A DNA stretch of 30,052 nt from a virus (lineage: Duplodnaviria; Caudoviricetes), in IMG/VR virus record IMGVR_UViG_3300043580_000088, positions 1-30,052 of that record. One strand, written 5' to 3'. A program made the translations under genes and the position numbers. Positions 1 to 8,248 of this stretch are shown here, piece after piece. Below the pieces are notes generated by a model. The model saw only the letters and a list, made by a program, of their open reading frames with translations, was not told the DNA's origin and searched no databases. Positions within the stretch are counted from its first letter, which is position 1. Every line of letters begins with the position of its first letter.

Positions 1-14
1 ACCTCATCTGCCAT
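1..14 (-). CDS. Start of a gene truncated by the window edge (MADE...), probably leaderless
   Basis: ATG at 14-12 lies 6 nt downstream of a TACTAT -10-like hexamer (26-21), following the stop of the 36-482 gene. Confidence 0.4.
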
Positions 15-35
15 AGGAACATAGTAGCTGACGTT

Positions 36-482
36 TTAGTGAACCCGAGACCGGAACCGGAAACGGTTCGCCAATGCGGCAACCTTCATCGCCCGCTGCA
101 TATACAGGTTCGGGCGGCGGCGTCCCGGATGATGAACCGACACCGGATACACGACGTGCCCGACCCGATTCCAGTAGAACTTGAGGGTCTTCTTACGCTT
201 GGCCCGGATGATGTGCGGCCGGGAACCGAGCGAGACAGTCGCCGCGTACTTCAGCTTGGAACCGATCTTGCCCCGAACCAGGTTCGCCGACAGGCGCGGA
301 GGGTCGTTGTAGATCGATCCTCGTAGTCGCGCCCCCGTCGGCGCGGAGAGACTGACCTGGCCCTTCGGCGCGGTGCGTCGGGCGATCCCCGCCGCCATGC
401 GGGTTACCCGGCTGACCAGTTCAGTTCCGCGCTTCTGGGCCGTGCGAATGACTTCGATCCTATTCAGGATCAGCTTCGCCAT
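36..482 (-). CDS. HK97 gp10-like neck/tail-completion protein
   Basis: Basic 148 aa protein with APK...GARLRGSI, YAATVSLGSRPHII and VHHPG segments typical of actinophage gp10-like proteins; position in the head-tail module. Confidence 0.6.
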   Translation of the reverse strand: MAKLILNRIEVIRTAQKRGTELVSRVTRMAAGIARRTAPKGQVSLSAPTGARLRGSIYNDPPRLSANLVRGKIGSKLKYAATVSLGSRPHIIRAKRKKTLKFYWNRVGHVVYPVSVHHPGRRRPNLYMQRAMKVAALANRFRFRSRVH

Positions 483-777
483 CGTCGGCCTCGATCGGGG
501 AGGCGTCCTTGCGGCTCAGCCGCCGCTGCCGGGCCGGACGTACGCCCAGGATCGTCGTCTCGTCGCCTTGCTCGCTGACCTGGAGAACCGTCGCCTGAGC
601 CGCCGGGTCGTCCTCCGGGTACGCGTACACCAGAACACCCAAGTCCATCAGGGCCAGGAAGTGGGGATTTTCCGGGTCCACGTGAATGATGTCGTCCTTG
701 GACAGGCCGTGGAAGCCCTGAACGGCCCGCAGGGCGACGGTACGGTCCGGTGCGTACTCTTCGGTCATGTCGGTCAT
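460..777 (-). CDS. Hypothetical virion-module protein
   Basis: Fills the gap between 784-1284 and 36-482 in the same orientation; plausible composition. Confidence 0.6.
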   Translation of the reverse strand: MTDMTEEYAPDRTVALRAVQGFHGLSKDDIIHVDPENPHFLALMDLGVLVYAYPEDDPAAQATVLQVSEQGDETTILGVRPARQRRLSRKDASPIEADDGEADPE

Positions 778-783
778 CCTAAC

Positions 784-1284
784 CTAGACGCAGCAGGCCC
801 CGTGGATCTGCACGGTGATGATCTGAGTCGCCCCGTTGCAGTTGCCCTCGATCGGCAATGGCGAACCCTGGCCGACCAGAGTGTTGAGGTACAAGGCGTT
901 GGACTCCAGCCCGTCCTTGAAGCAGCACAGGGCCTCGAACATCGCCATCCGGTCCGAGATGTGCTGGGCGGTACCGCTATCCCACGCATCGCAGTCGGTC
1001 GGGTCACCGCATCGCAGCACGCCCATCTCCAGCTCCAGGGCCAGCATCGCACCCTGGCAGTTGGTCGCCGTGTCCGGTTCCGGGAACGAGTCCGAAGAGG
1101 CGAACATGTCCCCGATGCGCACGTACCCGAGACCCTCGCAGCAGATGTCCTCGGGGATCACGTCCTGGGTCACGTCGGTTCCGAACCGTAGACAGCACAG
1201 CTTCGGCGGGTTCTCCCGGACGGCCAGTTTCTTACACAGGCACTCCAGGAGCAGTTTCGCGACGGTGAGCGCTTCGTCAGCCAC
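784..1284 (-). CDS. Cys-rich putative tail terminator / head-tail completion protein
   Basis: 166 aa, tightly packed after the adaptor gene; function inferred from position only. Confidence 0.55.
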   Translation of the reverse strand: MADEALTVAKLLLECLCKKLAVRENPPKLCCLRFGTDVTQDVIPEDICCEGLGYVRIGDMFASSDSFPEPDTATNCQGAMLALELEMGVLRCGDPTDCDAWDSGTAQHISDRMAMFEALCCFKDGLESNALYLNTLVGQGSPLPIEGNCNGATQIITVQIHGACCV

Positions 1285-1293
1285 AGTTCATCC

Positions 1294-2079
1294 CTACGGA
1301 ATCGTTACCATGCGCGGGGGGCGGATATCGGGGGTACGGACCCGCAGCCGGTACGGCAGCTTCGCCGGGTTCAGCGCCCGGATGATCATGTCCACTTCGT
1401 TGATACCGGTCAACCCCGAGTCCAGCAGCGTGTCCACGTCCACGAACGAGAGGGTGACCCCGTTGCGGGCCAGCTCCTGCACGCGACCCGGCAGGCGGCA
1501 GTTCTTGTCGCCGGAGCATGCCTTGAGGAACTCGCAGGCCAGAGTGCCCGCAGCGGTGGTCAGGACGGACGGAACCGGAGCGCCTCGCAGCAGGGTGACG
1601 GTGAAAACGGTGTCGCTGTTGTCGGTGTTGAAGTCGGGACACTGGGGCCAGCAGTCGCCGTCGGTGCGGACCAGCCACCGGTTGTCATCCACGCGATAGG
1701 CGCTCGGGTCGATGGTGACTCCGCCGATCGCCACGGTCGTGATACCCGTCGCCGGTTCGGGGAGCAGGATCTGGCAGCGGGGATCGCAGGAGCATGCCGC
1801 CGGGCAGCCGCAGTTGAACCATTCCCCATTGAAGTTGTAGGGAACCCAGCCACCGCCACCGCCGGGCATCCATCCGGACCAGTTCAGGGTCCCGTCGCCG
1901 CACGGAGAACCCATGCCGCAGGGGCGGATCGTGATCGAACACTGGCCGTACTGCCGCCCCGTGGAAGCCCACAGGATCGTTGTCGCGAACGCCGTCGCAG
2001 CGTCCTTGAGGGTCTGATCGGCCGTGTCCCACGACGGGCAGCACAGCGGCGCGATCGTCCAGTTACAGGGAGCCGCCAC
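1294..2079 (-). CDS. Head-to-tail adaptor
   Basis: GAGGAGG RBS; LWASTGRQYG, AAGTLACEF..AC, CRLP.RV..L.RNGV and TGI.EVD..I...NP motifs resemble actinophage adaptors. Confidence 0.75.
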   Translation of the reverse strand: MAAPCNWTIAPLCCPSWDTADQTLKDAATAFATTILWASTGRQYGQCSITIRPCGMGSPCGDGTLNWSGWMPGGGGGWVPYNFNGEWFNCGCPAACSCDPRCQILLPEPATGITTVAIGGVTIDPSAYRVDDNRWLVRTDGDCWPQCPDFNTDNSDTVFTVTLLRGAPVPSVLTTAAGTLACEFLKACSGDKNCRLPGRVQELARNGVTLSFVDVDTLLDSGLTGINEVDMIIRALNPAKLPYRLRVRTPDIRPPRMVTIP

Positions 2080-2137
2080 GAAATCCTCCTCTACTATGGT
2101 GACCAGGATATCCCTACGGTTGTAGCGGAGGAACTAG

Positions 2138-2353
2138 ATGAGACCTCTGCATCCGATTGATCTCGGGGTGCACAACTTAACGTGTGACAAGATCTGCTTT
2201 CCGTCCCGCAAGATCGCTAAGCGGGCGGCGCGGACCCACCACGGCGAACATAAAACTCCGTACCAATGCGCGGATCACTGGCATATCGGGAAGTTGCTGC
2301 CTTCGGTCCTGAAGGGCCGGAAGACCCGGGGACAGGTGTACCGGCGTAGGTGA
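2138..2353 (+). CDS. Small basic Cys/His (putative zinc-binding) protein
   Basis: GGAGGA RBS; C.K..F.S...AKRAAR...YQC..HWHIG pattern. Confidence 0.65.
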   Translation: MRPLHPIDLGVHNLTCDKICFPSRKIAKRAARTHHGEHKTPYQCADHWHIGKLLPSVLKGRKTRGQVYRRR

Positions 2354-2357
2354 GAGC

Positions 2358-2387
2358 TTTACCGACAAGATCGCCGTAGTGTACCAT
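2358..2387 (+). promoter_or_regulatory. Promoter for a leaderless bldC-like mRNA
   Basis: TTTACC-N18-TACCAT ending 6 nt before ATG 2394; no Shine-Dalgarno. Confidence 0.6.
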
Positions 2388-2393
2388 CTTGGT

Positions 2394-2594
2394 ATGGAAC
2401 CGCAGATCGTGACCGAGAACAACGAAGATCCTTTCCTCACCCCCGGTGAGGTCGCTGCCCTGTTTCGGGTAGATCCCAAGACCGTCAGCCGCTGGGCCAA
2501 GGCGGGCAAGCTCGCCCGGACCCGGACCATTGGCGGACACGGACGCTACCGCCAGTCGGATGTCATCGCGCTCATGTGCCGCAACGAGGCATAA
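2394..2594 (+). CDS. bldC: BldC-family MerR-like HTH transcriptional regulator
   Basis: LTPGEVAALFRVDPKTVSRWAKAGKL...RTIGGHGRYR closely matches the Streptomyces BldC core as I recall it (LTPAEVA.MFRVDPKTVTRWAKAGKL...RTLGGHRRYR). Confidence 0.88.
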   Translation: MEPQIVTENNEDPFLTPGEVAALFRVDPKTVSRWAKAGKLARTRTIGGHGRYRQSDVIALMCRNEA

Positions 2595-2596
2595 CA

Positions 2597-2627
2597 GAGG
2601 GGACAGGCCCCGTGAACCTGTCCCCTC
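2597..2627. terminator. Probable bidirectional terminator hairpin
   Basis: Perfect 11 bp GAGGGGACAGG/CCTGTCCCCTC between convergent genes. Confidence 0.7.
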
Positions 2628-2660
2628 GTTGCACCGTTGCGCAGGTGCCGCGTTGACATC

Positions 2661-3206
2661 CTAGCCGCGCGGGATCGCGACGACAAAAAATCCGGTGTCC
2701 GTCGGGCTCGACGCGTCCGAGATCGTGATCCGGTACGAGCCCGGGTTGGCGTAGGTGTGTGCCGACGAACCCGACTCGGCCGCGCCCAGGGTCGTCGAAC
2801 CGTCACCCCAGTCGATGTTGACCGTGCCCGCCGCCGCAACGTTGGCGTACGTGACCGTGACCTGATATCCAGCCACAACCACGTTGCTGATCGTCGGCTG
2901 ATTCGTGTCCGCGACGCAGACCTGAGCCACCGACTGGCTGCGCGACATCGCGCCCAGAGCGTTCGTCGCCGCGTAGACCGCGTTCGTGCCGGAGACGTAC
3001 CCGGCCAGAACATCCGCGCCACCGCGCCGCAGCAGGAGGGTTCCCTTGCCGCCCATGATCTCCTCGGGGATCACAATGCGGGGAACCGCACCCTGCGTGT
3101 CGATACGGACACGCTGGCGGTCCGTAGCCGCCCAGCACAGTACGCGCTGAGACAGAGGGGTCAACTGCGCGTACGAGTCGACCGAGATGGTCATCGTGCC
3201 AGCCAT
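2661..3206 (-). CDS. Virion protein with C-terminal PKD/Ig-like domain
   Basis: AGGAG RBS before ATG 3206; IDWGDGSTT...HTYANPGSYRITI is a PKD signature. Confidence 0.75.
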   Translation of the reverse strand: MAGTMTISVDSYAQLTPLSQRVLCWAATDRQRVRIDTQGAVPRIVIPEEIMGGKGTLLLRRGGADVLAGYVSGTNAVYAATNALGAMSRSQSVAQVCVADTNQPTISNVVVAGYQVTVTYANVAAAGTVNIDWGDGSTTLGAAESGSSAHTYANPGSYRITISDASSPTDTGFFVVAIPRG

Positions 3207-3217
3207 GGCGGTTACTC

Positions 3218-4162
3218 CTAGGTAACAGTGACCGTCGCCGTGTACGTCGGCGCGGAGTGGGTGGTCGGCCGGTAGGTGATGTTCTTGGTCCCCGCAGCCG
3301 CGTAGTTGTGAAGCTTGGTCGTGCCCGAGGTGACCAGCTCCGTAACGCCGGTCTCCCACGTGATCGTCGCCGGAAGAAGCGGCACCCCGGCACCGTCCAG
3401 CGGGAAGGTCGCCGTCACGTTCAGCGGCGCGGCACCAGAAGTCGGCGTAACCACCAGGGTCGGGGTCACGTCGGTGCAACCGCAGGTGTTGAACAGCGGC
3501 GGCGGCAGCGTCGTGGTCTGGATGTGGAAGTCGTCGTCGGCGGTGATCGCCGCCAGCAGCGGACCCGGCAGGCCAGCATTCGGGCCGGTCTGATTGATCA
3601 GCACGTTGTACGGACCCACGCCCCACAGGCTGTTGAACTTCGTACGTCCGGAGACGGTGAAGTTCGCCCGGTCGTTCTGGAACGTCGGGATCGTCATCAC
3701 GCCTTCGGTGATCCACGGCATGAGAGCGTATCCGTACTTCTGGACCCCGCCGACACACTGGGTGTCGCCGCCGAGGCCAGTCCACCATTCCAGGCCGAAG
3801 TTCGCCGTGTTGATCGAGCCCCGGCGGGACCGGAAACCGACCACGTTGGGGGTGGCGGCGTCGTCGAGAACCAGCGGCTCGTTGGTCATCAGATTGATCA
3901 ACTGAGGGTCGACCCGGCAGAACTCCATGGTCACGTTGTACCAGCGGCGCTGCTCCGGCTTGGTCGTGTCGTCGCAGATGTCCCCGTTCGCGTTGAGCTG
4001 CGGGTCACCCTGACGGTCCACGACCTCCTTCTCAATGGTGATCGTGATGATGCCCGACGTGGTCACCGAGGAGCATGCGATGTCGTTGAGGGCACCGCAG
4101 GTAGTGAGACTCGTGGCCCGGATGCCCGGAACCCGAATCGGGACAAAGCAATCGGTAGCCAC
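3218..4162 (-). CDS. Major tail protein with C-terminal Ig/PKD-like extension
   Basis: GGAG RBS; NANGDIC, FCRVDP.L and FGLEWWTG motifs; the C-terminal PTSGAAPLNVT...HNYAAAGTKNIT is PKD-like. Confidence 0.75.
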   Translation of the reverse strand: MATDCFVPIRVPGIRATSLTTCGALNDIACSSVTTSGIITITIEKEVVDRQGDPQLNANGDICDDTTKPEQRRWYNVTMEFCRVDPQLINLMTNEPLVLDDAATPNVVGFRSRRGSINTANFGLEWWTGLGGDTQCVGGVQKYGYALMPWITEGVMTIPTFQNDRANFTVSGRTKFNSLWGVGPYNVLINQTGPNAGLPGPLLAAITADDDFHIQTTTLPPPLFNTCGCTDVTPTLVVTPTSGAAPLNVTATFPLDGAGVPLLPATITWETGVTELVTSGTTKLHNYAAAGTKNITYRPTTHSAPTYTATVTVT

Positions 4163-4164
4163 GG

Positions 4165-4449
4165 CTACTCCTCTTCCTTCTCGTCGTCGGACTCATCGTC
4201 CGAAACGGCGGGCTGCGTCTTGCGAGGCCGACCCCGGCGCTTGGGAGCCGGAGCCTCCTCCTCGTCATCCTTGCCGTGGCCCGTCGCTTCCAGGTACCGA
4301 TCGTGCAGGTCGTCCGGAATGACGAAAGCCACCCCTTTATCCCCGCCGTACTCGGTCGTGGTCTTGACGTCCCACTGGCTGTCGGCCAGCTCCAGGAGAA
4401 GCTGAGCCGTCTTCGTCGCCTCACCCCGGCGCGGGATAACTACTGCCAT
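4165..4449 (-). CDS. Small hypothetical head-module protein with charged tail
   Basis: TGATG coupling with the upstream gene; KRRGRPRK plus an acidic tail. Confidence 0.65.
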   Translation of the reverse strand: MAVVIPRRGEATKTAQLLLELADSQWDVKTTTEYGGDKGVAFVIPDDLHDRYLEATGHGKDDEEEAPAPKRRGRPRKTQPAVSDDESDDEKEEE

Positions 4450-5264
4450 CAGTACGTCACATCCACAGCGTAGGCGCCACACTCATAGGTGACGATGTAT
4501 TCGCGTTCTGCCACGATCGTAACCTGGTTCGTGGTCCGGTTCAGCGAACCGGCCAGGTCCGATACGAAGACGTTCGGGTTGCGCCACACGAACGTCTGCC
4601 CCGTGATGTAGATCCACGTGTGACCGGCAGCCGGGGCGGCGCCCGCAGGCGTGTACCCCTCGTAGTTGCCGATCGACACCGCCGTACCCAGCGCGGTCCG
4701 CCACACCGACCCGTCACGAACCAGAGCCATCGCGGCGTGCATACGCTCGCCGTACTGGAACGGAACGTGCAGCACCCCACGGAGGCCGTACGTCGAGTAC
4801 AGAGCCTCCTCCAGGGCACCGATCTGGTCGGCGGTGGTAGTGCCCGCAGGAACGACCGTGGTGGCGTTCGGGGTGGCGTTCGCCAGACCCCGTGACTGGC
4901 CATTGAGCTGGCGGGAGAAAATCTGCTCCACCGCGCCCTGCTCCCCAGCCTTCAGCCGGTTGAGAACCTTGGCCTGATACTCGGCCTCGGTGTGCCCGAC
5001 CGCGCCGCACAGCAGGCCCGCGTACACCACGAACGGGGTACCGGGGACCGTGCTCTGCGGGTCGAAAGTCTTCGCCGCGAGACTGTCCGTGCAAGCCACG
5101 TCGTAGCCGCGAGGAAGAGAGCAGAACTCGGACTCGAAGACGATGCCGCCGGAACCCCAGTGGTCGTCCCAAGCGGACTGAACCCCGACGGCGTTGAACA
5201 GTCCATACCGGGTGGTTGCATCACCAGGCCAAGCGATCAGGTCAGGTGCGGTCAGGACCGTCAT
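4449..5264 (-). CDS. Second capsid protein (major capsid pentamer-type / minor capsid)
   Basis: GAGGAGG RBS; 271 aa directly after the large capsid gene; RYGLF, PFVVYAG..C, LEEAL, GVLH and N...AEREY.V..EC motifs. Confidence 0.65.
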   Translation of the reverse strand: MTVLTAPDLIAWPGDATTRYGLFNAVGVQSAWDDHWGSGGIVFESEFCSLPRGYDVACTDSLAAKTFDPQSTVPGTPFVVYAGLLCGAVGHTEAEYQAKVLNRLKAGEQGAVEQIFSRQLNGQSRGLANATPNATTVVPAGTTTADQIGALEEALYSTYGLRGVLHVPFQYGERMHAAMALVRDGSVWRTALGTAVSIGNYEGYTPAGAAPAAGHTWIYITGQTFVWRNPNVFVSDLAGSLNRTTNQVTIVAEREYIVTYECGAYAVDVTY

Positions 5265-5299
5265 GGTTCACCTCCTCGTAGAAGTCGCTGTAGTGGTTT

Positions 5300-5325
5300 G
5301 GGGCCAGGCCCGAAAGCCTGGCCCC
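5300..5325 (-). terminator. GC-rich hairpin after the major capsid gene (attenuator or stabiliser)
   Basis: Perfect 10 bp GGGGCCAGGC/GCCTGGCCCC 8 nt after the capsid stop; no long U tract. Confidence 0.55.
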
Positions 5326-5333
5326 TGCGACTA

Positions 5334-7112
5334 CTACGGGGTCACGTCCGCGCAGGCGACGGCGCGCTGAACACCAGTCGAACCGTTCGGGCAGATCGGC
5401 ACCTGGTACGCGCGCGACTCGACGCACATACGCATCGGCTTGTAGCCGTCCTCCACGAACAACTGCGTCACCTGGTTGGTGGCGAGCTTGGTGCTGTCGT
5501 ACACCATGTCGAGGCGGATGACCGAGTTGCGGGCCACGACCCAGGTGCCCGGCAGGTAGATCAGGAACTTGACCGTGACCGGCATGCGGAACGGACGGTT
5601 CGTGACCGCGACGCCGGTGGCGCCCAGCTCCTCGTAGGTGTTGGTCAGACCGGCCGGTGCGAACGCGTCCTGCCAGTCCATGACGTACTGAACGTTGGCG
5701 CCACGGGTGGCGAACATCGCGTCGATCGCCGAGTCGGCCATGTCGGGGTCGTTGGTGGCGTTGCGGCGCACCCAGTCGGCGCGGAGCTGAGCCTTGACCC
5801 ACAGCGGCAGAACCACGTCGAAGCGCTGGTTGACACCGGTGCGGTAGAAGTACCGCAGGTCCATGACCGCCAGCTCGACCGCCGAGACGAGGTTGGACAG
5901 CGCCGAACCGTCAGTGATCCACGGGTCCGTGGTCAGCAGGGTGACGGCCGTCGAGCCGGTCTCGATCTCGTTGATGATCTCGCGGTTGACCAGGTGCGCC
6001 ATCGACGCCGTGGCGCCGCGCGCGAACTCGGAGACGAACTCCGGGTAGGCCCGGTTCTGGAGGATGTTGCCGGTCAGGCAGAGCGCCGCCACGTTGAGCC
6101 GGTCGTCCACGAACGGAGGACACGGGATCGTGAAGCACGTCTTGGCGGTGTCGGCGATGACCTGCGCCTCGGTGAGGATGTTGTAGCCGGTGATCGGCAG
6201 AACGAAGTCGCCACCGAAGAAGTCGGAGAACGCCAGGCCCTGGTTGTGGCGCAGGCCGCCACGCGGGGCCAGCACCTCGGGGGTGCGCAGCAGGCCGTCG
6301 GCTTCGATCGGGTTGCAGGTCGAGTAGTCGACCGGGCTCGGCGCACACCAGGCGATACCGGCGGTGACCGAGTCGAGGCCGTTGTTGAAGTCCGAGCTGA
6401 TCTTGGCCAGCTTCTGGTACATCGCCAGGTCAGTCCCATTGTCCAGGACGTACTCCGGCTGGTACTGGCGCTCGATCTGGGCGATCGGGGTCTGGGCGTA
6501 GCCACCCGCCGCGCGGATCGCCTGCGTGTTCGAGCTGTAGCCGACCGAACGGTTGGTGAAGACCTTGCCCAGGTCATCCCAGTTCAGTTCCTCGCCCATG
6601 CGCTTCCCGGCGCCGTCGCCAGCAGCGCGGATGACCCACTGCGAAGCGGTGTCCTCGGGCAGCTCAACAGTGGCGCCGTTCGGGGCGACGTTCTCCACCT
6701 GAACCGAGCGCATCGGCGCGGTCTCGGCGGAGGTCGAGTGGGTGACCGTCGCGGCAACAACGGTGCCAGCCTCGGCGCCGGTGTGCGGGGCGGGTGTGGT
6801 CGTGGTGGCATCCTTGACCGGCTCCGTCGGCGTCGCGACCGGCTCTACGGCAGCGGCCGTGACCGGAGCGGCAGCGGGGCGCTCAGTGGCGCTGAAGCGG
6901 GCAGCCCGGTTGGCGCGATCCTGCTCTACCGCATCGGCAGCGGTGAGGAAGGTGTCCAGGGCCTCGGCGCGGTTCAGCGTGTCGTCGTCGACCTGGGTCG
7001 GGTCGGCAACGCTGGCGCGCAGTGAGGTCAGCTCGACGTTCGCAATCCGGACCAGGTCCGCAAGACCCTCGGCAGAGAACTGCGAGAGGTCGTCGGGGAT
7101 CGAGAAAGGCAT
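5334..7112 (-). CDS. Major capsid protein (hexamer-type, with N-terminal scaffold-like region)
   Basis: About 592 aa; helical plus Ala/Thr/Pro-rich N-terminus, then AWCAPS..DY, PEV...RGG, KTC..IPCP.F and NILQ.RAYPE motifs of large actinophage capsid proteins. Start chosen at ATG 7112. Confidence 0.85.
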   Translation of the reverse strand: MPFSIPDDLSQFSAEGLADLVRIANVELTSLRASVADPTQVDDDTLNRAEALDTFLTAADAVEQDRANRAARFSATERPAAAPVTAAAVEPVATPTEPVKDATTTTPAPHTGAEAGTVVAATVTHSTSAETAPMRSVQVENVAPNGATVELPEDTASQWVIRAAGDGAGKRMGEELNWDDLGKVFTNRSVGYSSNTQAIRAAGGYAQTPIAQIERQYQPEYVLDNGTDLAMYQKLAKISSDFNNGLDSVTAGIAWCAPSPVDYSTCNPIEADGLLRTPEVLAPRGGLRHNQGLAFSDFFGGDFVLPITGYNILTEAQVIADTAKTCFTIPCPPFVDDRLNVAALCLTGNILQNRAYPEFVSEFARGATASMAHLVNREIINEIETGSTAVTLLTTDPWITDGSALSNLVSAVELAVMDLRYFYRTGVNQRFDVVLPLWVKAQLRADWVRRNATNDPDMADSAIDAMFATRGANVQYVMDWQDAFAPAGLTNTYEELGATGVAVTNRPFRMPVTVKFLIYLPGTWVVARNSVIRLDMVYDSTKLATNQVTQLFVEDGYKPMRMCVESRAYQVPICPNGSTGVQRAVACADVTP

Positions 7113-7227
7113 GGCGAGACCATCCAAAGTCGTGTTTTTGCTGTTCAGGACTTCGGCAGGCTCATAGCTCATCACCTAAGTCGATAATGTAGCACATTGG
7201 CCGGAAAAAAATCTCGACCTCAAGGAG

Positions 7228-7257
7228 TTGCATCCTGAACCGGTCAGGTGCTACGGT
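7228..7257 (+). promoter_or_regulatory. Promoter
   Basis: TTGCAT-N18-TACGGT with an extended TGn element, upstream of the 7300 ORF. Confidence 0.5.
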
Positions 7258-7299
7258 TCCGGTCATCAGGGAACATCAAGTGGCTCTCAGGGAGATCAC

Positions 7300-7617
7300 A
7301 TGAAGGACATGATCCGGGTCGACGTCGAGGTCGACGAGGGACAGTACCGGGAGGCGACTGGGCTGGTGCGTTTCGACGCCGATCCCCAGGGCGACTTCTT
7401 CAACCTCATCGACTCGAAGATCGGCGCGCTGACCGATGAGATCAACGCGGCGGTGCTCGGCGTGCTTTCCCGGGCGAACCCGAAGATCGCATGGCGCGTG
7501 AGTGCGACCCCGTGGTCGACTCCGATGACCGAACGGGGCCGCTACGCGCGGGCGGCGAACGGCCAGACCCACCTGGGGAAGCAGAAGGGGTTCAAGGCCG
7601 CTTCCCCCCGACGCTAA
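7300..7617 (+). CDS. Hypothetical protein
   Basis: GGGAGA RBS before ATG 7300; 105 aa. Confidence 0.7.
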   Translation: MKDMIRVDVEVDEGQYREATGLVRFDADPQGDFFNLIDSKIGALTDEINAAVLGVLSRANPKIAWRVSATPWSTPMTERGRYARAANGQTHLGKQKGFKAASPRR

Positions 7618-7621
7618 GGGG

Positions 7622-7650
7622 TTGACGCCGAACCCGTCATCGGGTAAGGT
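7622..7650 (+). promoter_or_regulatory. Housekeeping-sigma-type promoter for the tRNA cluster
   Basis: TTGACG-N17-TAAGGT. Confidence 0.7.
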
Positions 7651-7710
7651 ATCGGACAGTCAGCCCCGGTCGGATGGGACCCCTGGGTCAGTGACCGGGG
7701 CTGACAACAG

Positions 7711-7784
7711 CGCGGAGTGGTGCAGCTCGGAAGCACGCTGGGCTCATAACCCAGAGGTCGCGGGTTCAAATCCCGTCTCCGCTA
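7711..7784 (+). tRNA. tRNA-fMet (CAT), initiator
   Basis: Full cloverleaf; C1:U72 mismatch; CTGGG-CTCATAA-CCCAG with three consecutive G-C pairs; GGTTCAAATC T arm; CCA not encoded. Confidence 0.95.
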
Positions 7785-7807
7785 CAACAATAGGATGGGA
7801 AGCTGAC

Positions 7808-7984
7808 ATGGCGGGCGAAAAGGGACGGACTCAGTGCGGGTGTTCCGGTGCCTGCTGCGGAGAGCAGACATACGGCCAGATGCGCCAGGCGTTCCTGGAC
7901 AGGTATAACGGAGTCCAGGGATACACCGTGCGGGAGCTGGACGAGATCCACCGCCGGTGGCGCAAGATCGCTTCTCGGCTCTAG
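7808..7984 (+). CDS. Small Cys-rich hypothetical protein
   Basis: 58 aa, CGCSGACC motif, purine-rich RBS. Confidence 0.6.
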   Translation: MAGEKGRTQCGCSGACCGEQTYGQMRQAFLDRYNGVQGYTVRELDEIHRRWRKIASRL

Positions 7985-8107
7985 GGGGTGAAGCGGTATG
8001 AGTAAGTTCGTTTACGAGTGGCTGTAGGAATTGACCCGTCGACCGGCGGAAAGACTCTCCCCACGTAGCCCGGGGCGTGGGGGTGATCTACAAAAGCCCG
8101 GGCGCGA

Positions 8108-8179
8108 CCGCCTCTAGCTCAATGGCAGAGCGCCGACCTGATAAGTCGGAGGTTCCTCGGTCAGTACGAGGGTGGCGGA
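8108..8179 (+). tRNA. tRNA-Ile (GAT) with non-canonical T loop
   Basis: D arm GCTC-AATGGCA-GAGC; CCGAC-CTGATAA-GTCGG; T arm CCTCG-GTCAGTA-CGAGG; acceptor CCGCCTC/GTGGCGG with one U:U mismatch. Confidence 0.75.
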
Positions 8180-8248
8180 CGAGACAAGGTCATCTGTCAC
8201 AGGAAACCTGGAAGCCCGGCGCCGACCCGGGGTCTCGAAGTCGGCAAC

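Noticed and set aside
2661-3788. 375 aa version of the PKD protein or a tail frameshift product
   Set aside because: The upstream extension overlaps the major tail gene out of frame; a clear RBS and ATG exist at 3206 and I saw no slippery sequence.
4992-7025. Long antisense ORFs (also 11432-13462, 18631-20442, 25589-26893)
   Set aside because: Shadow frames of real genes caused by high GC3 codon bias; no motifs or RBS.
8031-8056. TTGACC promoter in the tRNA island
   Set aside because: No acceptable -10 hexamer at 16-19 nt spacing.
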